Source: Alloascoidea hylecoeti (Eukaryota). Taken from it: DNA of 64,000 nt. Where the stretch lies: assembly GCA_001600815.1 (NCBI GenBank), contig BCKZ01000014.1, forward strand, positions 1 through 64,000, in the 5' to 3' direction. Positions within the stretch are counted from its first letter, which is position 1, and each line of letters begins with the position of its first letter. Under the pieces are notes generated by a model. That model did not search any database, was not told the DNA's origin, and saw nothing but the letters and a program-made list of their open reading frames with translations. The translations under genes and the position numbers were made by a program. Shown piece after piece: positions 1 to 12,291 of this stretch.

Positions 1-790
1 GAGAATTGATGCATATATTAACTATGAATATGCTTCACGGCAGCGGAATACATAGTATGTAAATACGGCATGAGGTTCAGTTTCGCATGTTAGTGAAGTC
101 AACCTGAAACGCTAAAGAAATAATTGAATATGCCAGTGAAAAGAAGAAATATGAAACGATATTAATAAATATTCTATAAAGAAGATATTCAAAAATGGGA
201 CCTTTCCTACCATTATGATATGAATTTGATGAAAGAATAAAATTGGAGGAATCTGATAACAATCGTGAAGACAGGACCAGTTAAAAACATAAGTTGTGTC
301 ACATCACCGTAAAAAGGAAGAACATCAACAGTAGTTAGACTACCAGGATTTGGTATTAGTTATGGCAGTTCCCTTAGAAGTCTTGCTCTGAATCCGTAAA
401 ATCTTCTGTAAAATTTGAGCTAAACTCCTTATTAATTGACTCAACAAATACTACAACTTAAAGAATTAACTTGAGATAAGATAGTAGCATGTGTCGTCTC
501 TAATTGTGCTTGGGCATAGATATACCGTATCGAATACTCCGAAGTAAACGAGGAATTGAATGTTTCCCTAGCGGAGAGAATAGCCTAAGTAGCGTTACGA
601 TTTATAACAATTTCACCCTATGCCTCTTCCTCAATCATAACGTGCCGAATCATTTGTAAACCATCTTCAGTATTGTTAACATTTTTAATTTGATAGTGAA
701 TATTGCTATCTCTGGTGAAATATTTTGTGGTTGCAACTAAATTAGGACCAACATTTGAATCTATACTCTTTATTCTCATACGAACGCATA
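1..790 (-). pseudogene. SNG1/DUF3533-family membrane protein (nitrosoguanidine-resistance-like), disrupted; runs off window start
   Basis: Manual minus-strand translation gives SNG1-like blocks: EEEA*GEIVINRNAT*AILSA (family WGAIVIN.NAT, W replaced by TAG), TVDVLPFYGD...FLQF and YRIFINIVSYFFFSLAYSIISLAFQVDF (ORF 77..262). The blocks lie in different frames with internal stops. Confidence 0.75.
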
Positions 791-1136
791 GTTCTAATTT
801 GCCTCAATTCTTAGGTTATTTTGAGGTAAATAACATTATACACAATTTCCTAAGCTTGAGTTATGGGTCTAGTTTTAAACACTTTTGTTGGTTTTAGTTC
901 AATCATACATNTTATAATATCATGATCGGGATAAATTTTTGTTTCCATTTTTATATTTGCTATTAGAGAAGTACACATACTCTACTGGTAGATATCTTAT
1001 AACTATACTAATATTTAANTTATTTATAAGTTTGACTACAAAGTCACTAATCACTATTCGAAAACAATATAATTATATGGCTAATCAGCTGCGATANATC
1101 AGAATTTAACTGATGTTTATGTTAACATTAAACAAT

Positions 1137-2159
1137 CTAAAAAGAAAGTTTTAATCTCCTGCAACCACCACTAGCCTTGCAAACATCTTGATGAATAGAC
1201 ATTTGTCTTTGAGCATCCAAAGGATCCTTAACTTCTTCTGGTTCAGGCCATGACAAATATTTATTTGTATAGTTAGATTTGAAATCTTGAGGAACAATTT
1301 CNAATCTCTTTCCATAATTAGTAACTTTTCTCCAATCACGGTGAACATTATAACAAGATTCAGAGAAATAAGCAAATGATCTCTCAAATATTCTTTTATT
1401 CAAAACTGATGACATGCGTGGCTTTATAGCAATATACTCATCATAGGCTTCCTTTGGTTCCTGAATGATAAAGTNGGTAGCCCTCTTAATAGCCTTCATG
1501 AATCTTNGNGCAACAGTAGGATTTGCGGCTAAAAATTTATCATTTGCAATGTACAAAATAGTACAAAAACAACAGCATCCTAATTCAGCAAGTTTATCAA
1601 TTCTCAACATTTTAGCCTCGTTAATATCACGACCTTCAGATCTCAAAAATTCTTCAAGNTCAACTTGTTGAACACATTCAATACCGATCCCACCATCGAT
1701 CTTTCCTTCTATGATATATCTAGCAACATTCATACCACATCTAACTGCAATATAATCATCCGGAGTCATTCCGTAATGTTTGGTTAATTCATCCAATTGA
1801 ATTTTACCAAACTCTCCCACGTATCCAATTCTTTTACCTTTCAATGATTGAAAATCAGTAGTGATTCCAGATCCTTCCAAGTACAGAACTCCGGTAAACG
1901 GTTCGTCCAATAGTGANCCAATAGAGGTTACTGGATAACCACGGGCTTTAGCAGCTAGAGTATGAATCATTGCTTTTAATCCCATGTCAACCTTTCCAGA
2001 TCCAATGAGTTCAGTAACATCTGAAGGATTTCCCGGTTCCAGAATTGCAATATCTAAATTATTCTCCTTAAAATAACCACGATGTTGAGCCAAGTAAATA
2101 GGAATATGATAAGGGGTAGCTTCCCAGTTAAGAGAGAAAGTGATTTTCTTAGTTGTCAT
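1137..2159 (-). CDS. THI5: 4-amino-5-hydroxymethyl-2-methylpyrimidine phosphate synthase (THI5/NMT1 family)
   Basis: 340-aa ORF with [19 protein letters not shown] and the GCCCFC motif typical of Thi5/Nmt1; several ambiguous bases. Confidence 0.97.
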   Translation of the reverse strand: MTTKKITFSLNWEATPYHIPIYLAQHRGYFKENNLDIAILEPGNPSDVTELIGSGKVDMGLKAMIHTLAAKARGYPVTSIXSLLDEPFTGVLYLEGSGITTDFQSLKGKRIGYVGEFGKIQLDELTKHYGMTPDDYIAVRCGMNVARYIIEGKIDGGIGIECVQQVXLEEFLRSEGRDINEAKMLRIDKLAELGCCCFCTILYIANDKFLAANPTVXXRFMKAIKRATXFIIQEPKEAYDEYIAIKPRMSSVLNKRIFERSFAYFSESCYNVHRDWRKVTNYGKRXEIVPQDFKSNYTNKYLSWPEPEEVKDPLDAQRQMSIHQDVCKASGGCRRLKLSF

Positions 2160-2390
2160 AGCTAATGAATAGAAGTTTTGAAGGGTTATGAAAGTTTAAA
2201 TAATTATCAAATTGATGATACTAATTTANAATCATATTTTGGAAGNGAAAAAGGGTCTATATATATATCAGTTTTTCATGATGATGAAAAGTCATAACTC
2301 TGAATCTAATTAATGATAATTATAATCTGATTTTTAATTAACCTTGAAAATAGTTACTATATTATTAGAAGAAAGCTAAGAAATTTCAAA

Positions 2391-2730
2391 CAAAAGATGG
2401 ATATTTAGTTAATTCAAAGAAGATCTTGTCAATCGTCATATAATTATCGGGATTCATTCTATTTTATGGATTTATGACTACTTCAACGTAGTAATATTAC
2501 CTTAAACGGGGAACCCAGGGCAATTAGAGGTCATTTAAGTCGTTCATCTTGTAGTTTGATTTTCAAAAGATGGATATTTAGTTAAAAATCAAAGAAAATC
2601 TTGCCAATCGTTATATAATTACTGGGATTCATTGTGTATTATGANTACATCTTCGTAATAGTATGACCTTNAGCGGGAATTCCNTGTCAAATAGAAGTCA
2701 TTTAAATCNAGTATCTTCTAGTTTAATTCT
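2391..2730. repeat. Diverged ~172-bp direct tandem duplication in the THI5 upstream region
   Basis: CAAAAGATGGATATTTAGTTAA..TCAAAGAA.ATCTTG.CAATCGT.ATATAATTA..GGGATTCATT at ~2391 and ~2564, with similarity continuing to AG.GTCATTTAA..ATCTT.TAGTTT.ATT. Confidence 0.85.
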
Positions 2731-2801
2731 TGGNAGATAGCTATACGTAGTACTTAGACTTCTCCGACTCAGTAAAATTACTTAAGGTATAATTTATTAT
2801 C

Positions 2802-3380
2802 ATCTGAATTGGGAAATAAATCTCAGATTTGATTCCGAGTCATGCAATAATCCAATAGGATATTCAAAATGTAAAACAATATAAAAATTTATTCAAGAAT
2901 TGTTCAATCGATTCATGAACCAGATAGCATACCGAGATGGATAATCAAATGTATTNCCTATGATTATAGCACTGTGGGGTCTGTCAAGATTATTATTGTA
3001 GGTTACTTTTATAATTATCGGTACTAAACACTACAAAAAGATATAGATATACATGTATTACTTTAAACGGTAATGCTAGGTCAATTAAGATGTTGTTGAG
3101 TCGTGTATCTTTTAATTTGATTGTCGGAAGAAATAATGCTCCAGATCCGAACCAACTCGGTAAACGTACTAAATGTAATTTAATGCAATGCATATACAAA
3201 TTAACATTAATATCTGAATTGGGAAATAATGCTCATGATGTGATTCTGAGTCATTCATTGAATGAATAAAAAACCAGTCAATAAGTATTCACAATTAAAT
3301 CTCCGGCAACGGGTTAAAAATTCAATACTGTTCAATCGATTTATAAACCCGAAATATAATGCTGAGATAAATAGTCATAT
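2802..3380. repeat. Diverged ~150-bp direct repeat pair (~2802-2950 and ~3212-3380)
   Basis: ATCTGAATTGGGAAATAA..CTCA.GAT.TGATTC.GAGTCAT and TGTTCAATCGATT.AT.AACC shared between the copies. Confidence 0.75.
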
Positions 3381-5283
3381 AAGGTGTGTGCACCCTGCAT
3401 GGTCTTGATGTTTTCTTGGCTGAGGGAAACACATCTCCAAAATTTATATGTATGTAGCGCGTAAAACTTACTCTCTTCTTAAACCATGAAAAGCATGTGT
3501 GGTCAATTCACAGAGCTTTTAATGTCAATGGAAAAGATGATGACTCAAATGTAAGACTCAACGTATGGAGGGGCGAACGTGTAGGTTAAATGAGTTTGTG
3601 ATCTGCCTACAATTGCAAACATGAAGAGGACATTCGCAAAGAAGTTAACTGGCGATTTGTAAGTACTTGGGCTCTTACCAGTACGTACATTTGAATCTAG
3701 TTTCCTAACTCCTTATAATAACATATACTTGATCCGTGTAATATGTGCTATATTTCCACATCAATTAGGAGAGATGTCAACCTGGTAATATTTTTCAATT
3801 GATTCTATAACGCTCATATTCATTAAATTTACGTTTTTCCAACCCGAAATATAGCTCTGCATAGCGAGAGTAGCTATGAGAAATGAAATTGATTATGGCA
3901 AATTTCTTGTAACTGAGTCTTACAATTATAATTTTAATATTAATTAATTGTAATCATAATAGGAAAAAAAAAGAGTAAAATTACTTATAATTAGGTAAAT
4001 TTACGTTTGAGACAGCAACATCTTGTGCAGTTGATAGAGTAATTTGCATTGGAGTTCCTTTACTTTTTGAAAAGAATTTTCATAATCAGTATAATTTCCT
4101 CTGAAATAAAAAGAAGAAGTACCTTCTAAAATGGTTTTTAATTATTGCTTGAAATAGGACCACAAACTTCAACAGCTCTAACTTCAGCTCTTAAAGAAAC
4201 AATATCTTTTAAAGGTTCAGCACCAGGAGCCATACTAAAACAATTTGATAGACGAGACTAGTATTAAATAGAATAGAATAGTTAATTTTATAACCGTATT
4301 GGCAGCATATTTAATTATAACTCTAGCCATTAATGTTTGAGATAGTATATTTACGTACTGATTTGTTGGGGTCACAACATCGTAGTTGCGATGCTAACAA
4401 AGGGTTCAACTATGTCTTCAGAAACTTTACAAATAGTATTGTCTGATTAATGTTAATGTTTTGCAAGGTTTAAGGATTTCTTATCTTTCTCCTGAACAAA
4501 TATATTCAATATATAGAGTTACTGGAATGAAAATAAAAGAAGTTCAGTTAAATATGCAGGAACATATAATCAAAGATCATCATTCGCCTATTTATCGAAT
4601 ACCCTGAACGGGTTCTTAAATAAACTTAATTAGAAATCTGAACCCCACCTATCAGAAAGAGAAAGATACTGAAGCCTATGTTATTAAATGAATTCGAAGT
4701 TGTAGTTTTATTAAACATCATTCAAAAGTGGGAAATCATGCCTATTTCTGGTATCAACTCAAACTTCACTTTCAAGTATTGTTGACGATATTATTTAGAC
4801 AAATGTAAAGAAGGAATTTTCAAAAGAAAATTTTTACTTATTTTTCTTTCCATCGTGTTCAAATATATAGTATAATACATATAATACCGTACACTTTTCT
4901 CACTTGCGCGTAGAATACATGAATGACGGTTGTCCTCAGCTGAAATGTGGTGTTCCCATATTAACCTTTATAATTTAAACGTTAACCGATATAAATTATA
5001 ATCACTCGTAAGGTAAAATTATAATGCGTATGTATATTGTTGAGCTTGTAAAATAGTTTATATTAAACCCAAACACTATAAAACTAGAGAAAAGAAAATT
5101 AAAGAGAGAAGACTGAACACTTCGGCTACTCTAGAATACCAACGTTAACTAAATCACAGCTAGAGTCTACTTATTGAGAAATTTACTAGCGAGCAATTTC
5201 TGTACAGAGATGGGAATTTATAAGATTTGCAACGTCATAAAATTGATAATCTAAACAATATCCTAGCTTATTATATCCTATAT

Positions 5284-6891
5284 CTAACCTAGTTTATCGT
5301 TATCATCACTAACTTCCACGGCCGTAATTGTGGTACCTGCTTTTGTCTCTTGATCCTGAGATTTATGAAGTTGGCGCTTTCTTTCCTCTCTTCTTTCATC
5401 TCTTATAGTGAATGCAACAGCAATAGTTGTCACAATTATACCAAACGAAAGTAAGCATGATGTGAATGTAAACCCAACATGATATTCAGGCAAATCGGTT
5501 GCATTCCAAGTGAAAATAGGAAGCCAAGCATTGGTAACATACGCTAAGACATTGGTTGCAGCTACTGTTAAGTTTCGTTTTTGATCATCATAAAAAAGTA
5601 ATCTGTTAACCCAACAAAATATCATAGGTTGTCCCATAGTACTAGGAATCGTGATTGCATAATAAGCAAACCAATGTAATCCTGTCGGAATGTTCCAAAT
5701 AGACAAGCAAATACAACCAAATAGTGTTATAAAAAAATACAGATAAACAAAAGGATATGTTCGACCATCGAAGTAATCTGCCAAATAAGAACAAACAAGA
5801 GCAAAAGCAATAGAAGCACCACTAGCCGAAGTTGGATACATGTTATAATGTTCTTGGGACATTCCTAAAGAATACTTCAACCAACCAGAAAATGTGGGTT
5901 GTCCGGGAGCATTACCAGAATTGTTGTAACAGAGAAATAATACTGGGAAAACCCAAATATGCCATGTATTAAGGATTGATTTAATTTTAGTCCAAGTATA
6001 TGGCTGACGTGTATTAAGCTGAGCTCCAATCCTTTTTCTCCTCTCAATTGCAATCTCTTTTTCTCTGGGGGTAAGATACCAAGCTGTGCATGTGCTCGGT
6101 GTATTTGGATCAACACACATTGTATAAATCCCAACTGGGTAAGATATCACAGCATCAAATACAAACAGCCATTTCCAAGGTGGATATGTAGTATTTGTTT
6201 TACCAATCCCATTTATAATCGCAGTAACTAGAAATCCAGTTACCATTTGTCCAGCAGTACCAGCACATGCAAAGAAAGCAGAACGCTTGGTAATTTCCTC
6301 TTTAGAATACCATGACCCAACAAGATATTCCATACCAGGAAAGAATCCACTCTCTGTAAGACCCACAAAAAATCTAATTGCATATAAGTGCTCTGCTTTG
6401 GTAACAGCCGTTGTACAAATTGTCAGGGTAGCCCAAATTAATTCTAACCCACCAAGATAATATCGAGCAGAGATTCGATGAAGAATTAGATTTGAAGGCA
6501 CTTGACCAATAATATAACCAACAGTCCATAACGTTTGCATATAGTTAAATTGGCTACCATTTAATTCTAAATCTTCCTTCATACCATTGATATAGGCACT
6601 ATTAATATTAGCTTGATTCAGATATTTAATAAAATAGCCCAACATTGAACTCGATAGTAAAAAGAAATCAAGTTTAGCCAAGAACCTTCGTTCTTCAGGT
6701 GATTTATCAACCGAATCCCATAAAAATCTCTTAATTTTAAAGCCCAATTTACTTCTTCTTAGCTTCTCCTCTTCAGATAAACTTGGTTCGCTACCATAAT
6801 CGTAATTCTCAAGGTATGTCTCATCGAAGGCAAGCTTAGATTCATCTTTAGAGTCATTATGATGTCCAATACCTAAATGAAGTTGAACCAT
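5284..6891 (-). CDS. MFS transporter, allantoate/anion:cation symporter family (pantothenate transporter Fen2/Liz1- or Seo1-like)
   Basis: 535 aa; ERRFLAKLDFFLLS, QANINSAYINGMKEDL, IRFFVGLTESGFFPG, GSWYSKEEITKR and WKWLF motifs; about 12 hydrophobic segments. Confidence 0.9.
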   Translation of the reverse strand: MVQLHLGIGHHNDSKDESKLAFDETYLENYDYGSEPSLSEEEKLRRSKLGFKIKRFLWDSVDKSPEERRFLAKLDFFLLSSSMLGYFIKYLNQANINSAYINGMKEDLELNGSQFNYMQTLWTVGYIIGQVPSNLILHRISARYYLGGLELIWATLTICTTAVTKAEHLYAIRFFVGLTESGFFPGMEYLVGSWYSKEEITKRSAFFACAGTAGQMVTGFLVTAIINGIGKTNTTYPPWKWLFVFDAVISYPVGIYTMCVDPNTPSTCTAWYLTPREKEIAIERRKRIGAQLNTRQPYTWTKIKSILNTWHIWVFPVLFLCYNNSGNAPGQPTFSGWLKYSLGMSQEHYNMYPTSASGASIAFALVCSYLADYFDGRTYPFVYLYFFITLFGCICLSIWNIPTGLHWFAYYAITIPSTMGQPMIFCWVNRLLFYDDQKRNLTVAATNVLAYVTNAWLPIFTWNATDLPEYHVGFTFTSCLLSFGIIVTTIAVAFTIRDERREERKRQLHKSQDQETKAGTTITAVEVSDDNDKLG

Positions 6892-8557
6892 CTTGAAAAC
6901 AATTTAGAGTTGTTTGAGTCGCAAATTCAATAAATAATCCCTAGTTAACAATAGAATAATGATCCGGATGTCTATCTTTTATATTAATTTTTTTCTTCTT
7001 TGAATAATATCCCTTGAAGATTATGAAAAAAGAATCTTTGGGTAATTAATATTTATAGTGTTCATGTGTCTCCCATTTTTTCAATTGCAATCTATATAAT
7101 ATTGATTATGTTTAGATAATAACTGTATGCAATTAAATTAAAGGTGTTCAGTTAAAATAACATATCCGCTTTATAATTGTTAATAAATGGTCTGTTTAAT
7201 TAGTAATGATATTCTAGAGAATAATATATGTAATTGTAATTAACATTTTAAAATGTTAGTTTAAGTTTAATCATAAATATAAGCCTTAGATATATAGATC
7301 TTCAAGAATATTTTTGTTTCTATGTTATCAATATATGCATATCTGTAGCTGTTAATTGTATTGATTTACCAATCAAGAGCCAAACGGATTCAATACTTTC
7401 CACAGGTGCAAATGCAGGGCCATTTTCGTACAATAGAATAATTCGATTCAAGCACAATTTTTATAACTTATATCATCTGCGTTTAGTGCCAAGAGTATTG
7501 CAACATATTATTCAACATTGCACAATATCCATACTACCCAACTTGTCCTTGAGCCAAAGATATAACAGAATCGAAATTATCATAAAATAGAATTTGAAGA
7601 TTATGAATCAGTTTATCTGTTATTTAATTTACTGGATAATTATTGACAATTATTTCAATTGAAAAGATGAAATTTTAATATTCACTTAGCTGAGTTTCTA
7701 TGTTGAATCATTGTTGATTCGTATAAATTAGAGCTTGATCGTTTTATTCTTTTTTAATCAATATTGAAGCATCAAGATAAGATTCCAACATGAAAGCATA
7801 AATGACGAGCTAATGTAATATACTAGATATGGAAGTACGGCCCTGTTCACCTTCTTGAGAAATCAAAATTGTAATGGGTATTTTGAATGTAAATTATATG
7901 TGTTGAAAAAGTATGCCTCCCAAAAAGTTAAAAATATACACTCTTTTAAACAAATTGTGTCTCTCTGCTTTTATTGAAAAATACAGGCCTTTTTGTATCG
8001 CGTCATAAATCTAAAAGAACTATTGCTGATAGCCTGATACATAAAGGATTCTTAATTTAGTACAGATTGAAACTTTGCAATTGCTTGAATAGTTGTTTGG
8101 GTGTTTCAGTTGAATTTTGACACTTCAATAGCCTTCTAACAAATGATAATATTGATAATATTTGGCACACTATGATTGTAATTCCAACAAGTTTAATCAC
8201 AAAGCTACTTCATCATGGCGCGAGTTTCTCCTTCAATTGAAAGTCATCCAGGGTAAAATAAAATATACATCCCCATTCAGATGTTTAAGAAGCACTTTGG
8301 TCAATTGGGTTTCTCACACAACTTTGCATTTTCGAACCTCGTGCTATAAAGCTAAAAATGGTGCTAATTTATAAACAGTAAAAAAGGATATTATTTGCTC
8401 TTTAAATGGGCGAAATCTTATTAGATTTTGGCCGGTTTATTGTCATGTGACCCTCCTTTAAACAATGAATGCTAGTCAACTAAGTAGAAAAAATATTCCT
8501 TTCCTTAGCCTGACTCTGTTTCCACTTGCAATATTGATGTATTTATAATCTTATAGA

Positions 8558-9916
8558 ATGTCAGATATTAACCTTCAACAGGCTACTGCCTCTTCAGGAA
8601 TTATTAACCTGACTAAAACGCTTATTGGTATGCAAGCCCTTCGACCCTTTAAATACCAAGACATGTCACAATCATATTAATGTTTAAATTTAGGTACTGG
8701 TATACTTGCCCTTCCTATAGTTGTGAGGTCAAATGGTGTTGTCTTCGGGACATTAATAATTCTTCTAGCTGGATGGACATCATGGTTTGGTCTTTATTTA
8801 CAATCTCGTGTTGTCAAATTTGTTCCTAGTGGTGAAGCCAGTTTTTTTCTCATATGTCAATTAACCTATCCTTCCTTGTCTGTTGTTTTCGATCTTGCAA
8901 TAGCTATCAACTGTATCGGAACCGGAATCAGTTACATGATCTTAATGGGTAATTTGACATCTCAAATACTTACCTCCTTTGATGTTGGTATTATTTTCCT
9001 TCAAAATTCTGTATTCTGGATAACGTTTTATACTTGTTTTATACTTGCACCACTCTGTTATTTAAGAAATCTGGATTCTTTAAGATATTCTAGTTCAGTT
9101 GCCCTTATTGCTATTCTATACCTTGTTATAATAGTCATTTCTCATTTTCTCATTGGTGACACGAATAATGGTCCTAATCCTATCAGGTATTTTGAAGTGG
9201 AAAGTATCAAAATGACCCTCAGTACTTTCCCAATTGTTGTTTTTGCTTATACAGGGCAACAAAATATGTTTTCAATAATTAACGAATTAAGAGATAAAAC
9301 CACTAATAATATACATCGCATTACTCAGACTTCAATTGGATTATCCTCGGCATTGTATTTAACTGTGGGGATATTAGGTTATTTATCCTTTGGTGATAAT
9401 GTTGGAGATAATATCGTTTCAATGTATGAACACTCGGTTAGTACTACAATCGGTAGATGTGCTATTATTTTATTGGTTCTTTTAAGTTTTCCTATACAAC
9501 TTCACCCTTCAAGAATATCTGTGAATAATATTCTTTATTGGATTGAATTAAAAATGAAGAAGCATAATTCTGATGAGATTACACCTTTATTAGGACCACC
9601 TGAATTGATCGTTGCACCTTTAGATAATAAACGTTTCATCATTCTAACTACAATACTTCTTGCAGGTTCCTACCTTGTTGCTATTTCAGTTAATTCTTTA
9701 CAGTTAGTACTGTCTATTATTGGGGCTACTGGATCAACTGCTATATCTTTTATTTTACCTGGATTATTCGGATACAAACTTCTTGGTGGTGAAGGGAATG
9801 TTAATGGAGGAAAAGTTCCCTTAAGACAATCAATTATAAAATATTTATCATTGCTTTTAACTATATGGGGAGTTTTAGTCGGATCTTTATGTCTCTATGT
9901 TATTACTCTAAGTTGA
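8558..9916 (+). CDS. Vacuolar amino-acid transporter, AVT5/6/7-like (2 exons; intron 8628-8693)
   Basis: Exon 1 (ATG 8558) MSDINLQQATASSGIINLTKTLI joins through a GTATGC...TAG intron to GTGILALP; LCYLRNLDSLRYSS, FAYTGQQN and GATGSTAISFILPG motifs. Confidence 0.9.
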
Positions 9917-10096
9917 ATTCACTAAATACTAAATCTATAAACAATTGCATTAATCATTTTTTCTTCATGAATAGAGCATTATCTTATAATTATGTTATTT
10001 ACTATTTATAATAAATAGTTTTCAATATTTTATGGATTTTCGTTTAAATTGTGTTTATGCTACCGTAAATAAAGACTAATTCTGTTGTATGATTTA

Positions 10097-11347
10097 TTAA
10101 GCAGTTTCACTTTGCAATTTGTTTCCTTCAAAGAAATGCCATCTCTCTACATATCTTCCATAAATGTTTAATCTATTACGTTCCCCAACTTCAGATCTTC
10201 CTAAAAGATCTCCCTTTACTGAATCCCACTGACTAAATGTAATTTGTTCCCAATCTCTAAGTTTATTCTCTTTAGTGTATCCAAGAGATTTCAATTTTGA
10301 AGACTGAAGATTGTCTGGGTCAAGCAAAGAAGTGTATGAAGGATTACAGAAGTAAATTAAAACAAGTCTTTTCCTTCCTCTCTGATCTAATGGTGGGTTA
10401 ACCACTCTATGAACAACAGCTTTAAAATAACCACCAGATATAAATTCCATTGCATCTCCAATATTGACAATCAAAGAGTTTGGTCTATGATTGACATATT
10501 TCCATTTTCCATCATAAAAATCTTTGATTTGTAAAGATAGCATCGGTTGTGATGTAATGAAAGCAAAAGCACTAATATCTGAATGTCCTCTTAGCCATGT
10601 ATCTCCAGGATTGTTAGATTCTTCTGGTGGTTCATAAAGCATAAATCTTCCATGTCCACCTCCTGAATTTAAATTGTCATTCCTCCTTACTTTAAAATAA
10701 CTATTCCAAATAGTTCCTTCAGGAATATTTAAAATTAAATCGCATAAATTACTAAGTCTTTTTAAAATATCATTATGAATAAAATTATAATATTCTTGTA
10801 TTTCTTTCAAATGAGCTTCAACAAGTTTTGGGTTTTTTTGAGATTTATCAAAAAAAATATCATCATGAAGCATATTTCTAAAATTATAATGAGTAATACT
10901 ATCTCTAACACCTTCTTTTAATTTCCAATATCCTTTAGGTTTAAAACCTTGTCCTCTTTCTCCTTGAAGTGAATTATCATTTTTTACTTCAGATGATGGT
11001 GATTTTATAATTTCTAATTCTTTCCTTGATGCTCCAGCTAAGAAATCTTTTTGTTCATTATATGGTAATTCAAGAAGACTTTGTGCAATTGATCTTAATT
11101 TTTCAATTTTTTCTGTTTCATATCCAAAATTAATAATATTAAAAAATCCATAAGTTGTAATTGATGATTCAAGTTCTTTTGCAAGTTTCTTCCTACTCTC
11201 TAAACCTTCTTCTCCTTCTTTATATGTTGATAAGTCAAGGGCATTGAGTGTAATGAGATCAAGTTCTTTAGCTAATTTGGTTTCTGGCGGGTCAACAAAA
11301 GGTCTGACGTTGTATTTTTCATCGATTTCATTGATATTCAAGGACAT
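10097..11347 (-). CDS. 2-oxoglutarate/Fe(II)-dependent dioxygenase (isopenicillin N synthase-like)
   Basis: 416 aa; GFFNIINFG N-terminal block, HSD (HxD), VNIGDAMEFISGGYFKAVVHRV (distal His) and RLVLIYF. Confidence 0.9.
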   Translation of the reverse strand: MSLNINEIDEKYNVRPFVDPPETKLAKELDLITLNALDLSTYKEGEEGLESRKKLAKELESSITTYGFFNIINFGYETEKIEKLRSIAQSLLELPYNEQKDFLAGASRKELEIIKSPSSEVKNDNSLQGERGQGFKPKGYWKLKEGVRDSITHYNFRNMLHDDIFFDKSQKNPKLVEAHLKEIQEYYNFIHNDILKRLSNLCDLILNIPEGTIWNSYFKVRRNDNLNSGGGHGRFMLYEPPEESNNPGDTWLRGHSDISAFAFITSQPMLSLQIKDFYDGKWKYVNHRPNSLIVNIGDAMEFISGGYFKAVVHRVVNPPLDQRGRKRLVLIYFCNPSYTSLLDPDNLQSSKLKSLGYTKENKLRDWEQITFSQWDSVKGDLLGRSEVGERNRLNIYGRYVERWHFFEGNKLQSETA

Positions 11348-11663
11348 TTATAGAGGTAAATATTCCAGAAATCTTGTAGATGTGATTATTCTCAATAATG
11401 TAAAGGATTATTACTGATTATAAAGAGAGTAAAAATCATTTTATAAGCATATTCAAACGTTAAATATGTCTACCGTTATGGTAACATATTTACAGTATAT
11501 TGCGACACCTCTTTTTGCAGATCTGAAGTTAATTTCGGCCACCAATCAAACTAAATATTCGGCAATGATCAATATTCACTTATCAGCCATGTGAACGTCC
11601 ATATATTCGCTAATTATTGAACAGTAAATTTGTGCATATTTCGATCATCTTGTAGACTAAATA

Positions 11664-11977
11664 TTCGTGAGTGTGATACACTCAAGTTCGGCCTTGATTA
11701 TGAACAATTACGCGACGAGTGGGCTATAATAATCAAGGTCATACGATTCACTAGTTATTCGGCCACTGTTTTGAAACTATATTATCGGTCACCGCCTTCA
11801 TTAATGAATTCCTATATAATAAGGCCATAATATTAAATAGTTGAGAGGGTAGCCGATAATACAGTCTTAACTATGGCCGAATAATTAGTAAATTGTATCA
11901 TCTTGGTTATTATAGTCCAACACTCAGCGCGTAATTACTCATCAACATGGTCGAACTTAAGTGTATCACATCCACGA
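11664..11977. mobile_element. Fold-back/MITE-like element: ~315-bp imperfect palindrome
   Basis: TGTGATACACTCAAGTTCGGCC (~11672) is the reverse complement of GGTCGAACTTAAGTGTATCACA (~11949-11970). Pairing continues inward (AATTACGCG/CGCGTAATT, TATTCGGCCA/TGGCCGAATA, TATTATCGG/CCGATAATA) to a centre near 11822. Confidence 0.8.
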
Positions 11978-12291
11978 GTTTTTTTTTATTTTACGTGAAA
12001 TTAGATGTAAATTCCATAATTCCAAAAATATACCATCCCATAGGGTATAGTCGCCGTATATTTAATCTCAGTTATGAATAAATCTCTCTTTTTTATTGTT
12101 ATATATGTTATGAATTTGAGTCTTATACCAAATAATTATATGATTAGTTATTCTTTTAAATTGCATAATAATACTAAATTATATATTAATGAACAATTAG
12201 AACTACCCAAATATGAATTACATTTTAAATTTTGCACACATTTCAACAATGGCACCCCCACTTTTCAAACTTATATTTCATTTCATATGTA

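Noticed and set aside
2160..3400. TPP riboswitch upstream of THI5 (common in fungal NMT1 introns)
   Set aside because: A minus-strand CTGAGA exists near 2821, but the ATACC / GAACCTGAT / GATAAT..GCG aptamer elements and a 5' intron were not found.
3440..4260. Coding-like fragments (e.g. MAPGAEPLKDIVSLRAEVRAVEVCG, minus strand)
   Set aside because: No recognisable family and no extendable gene model.
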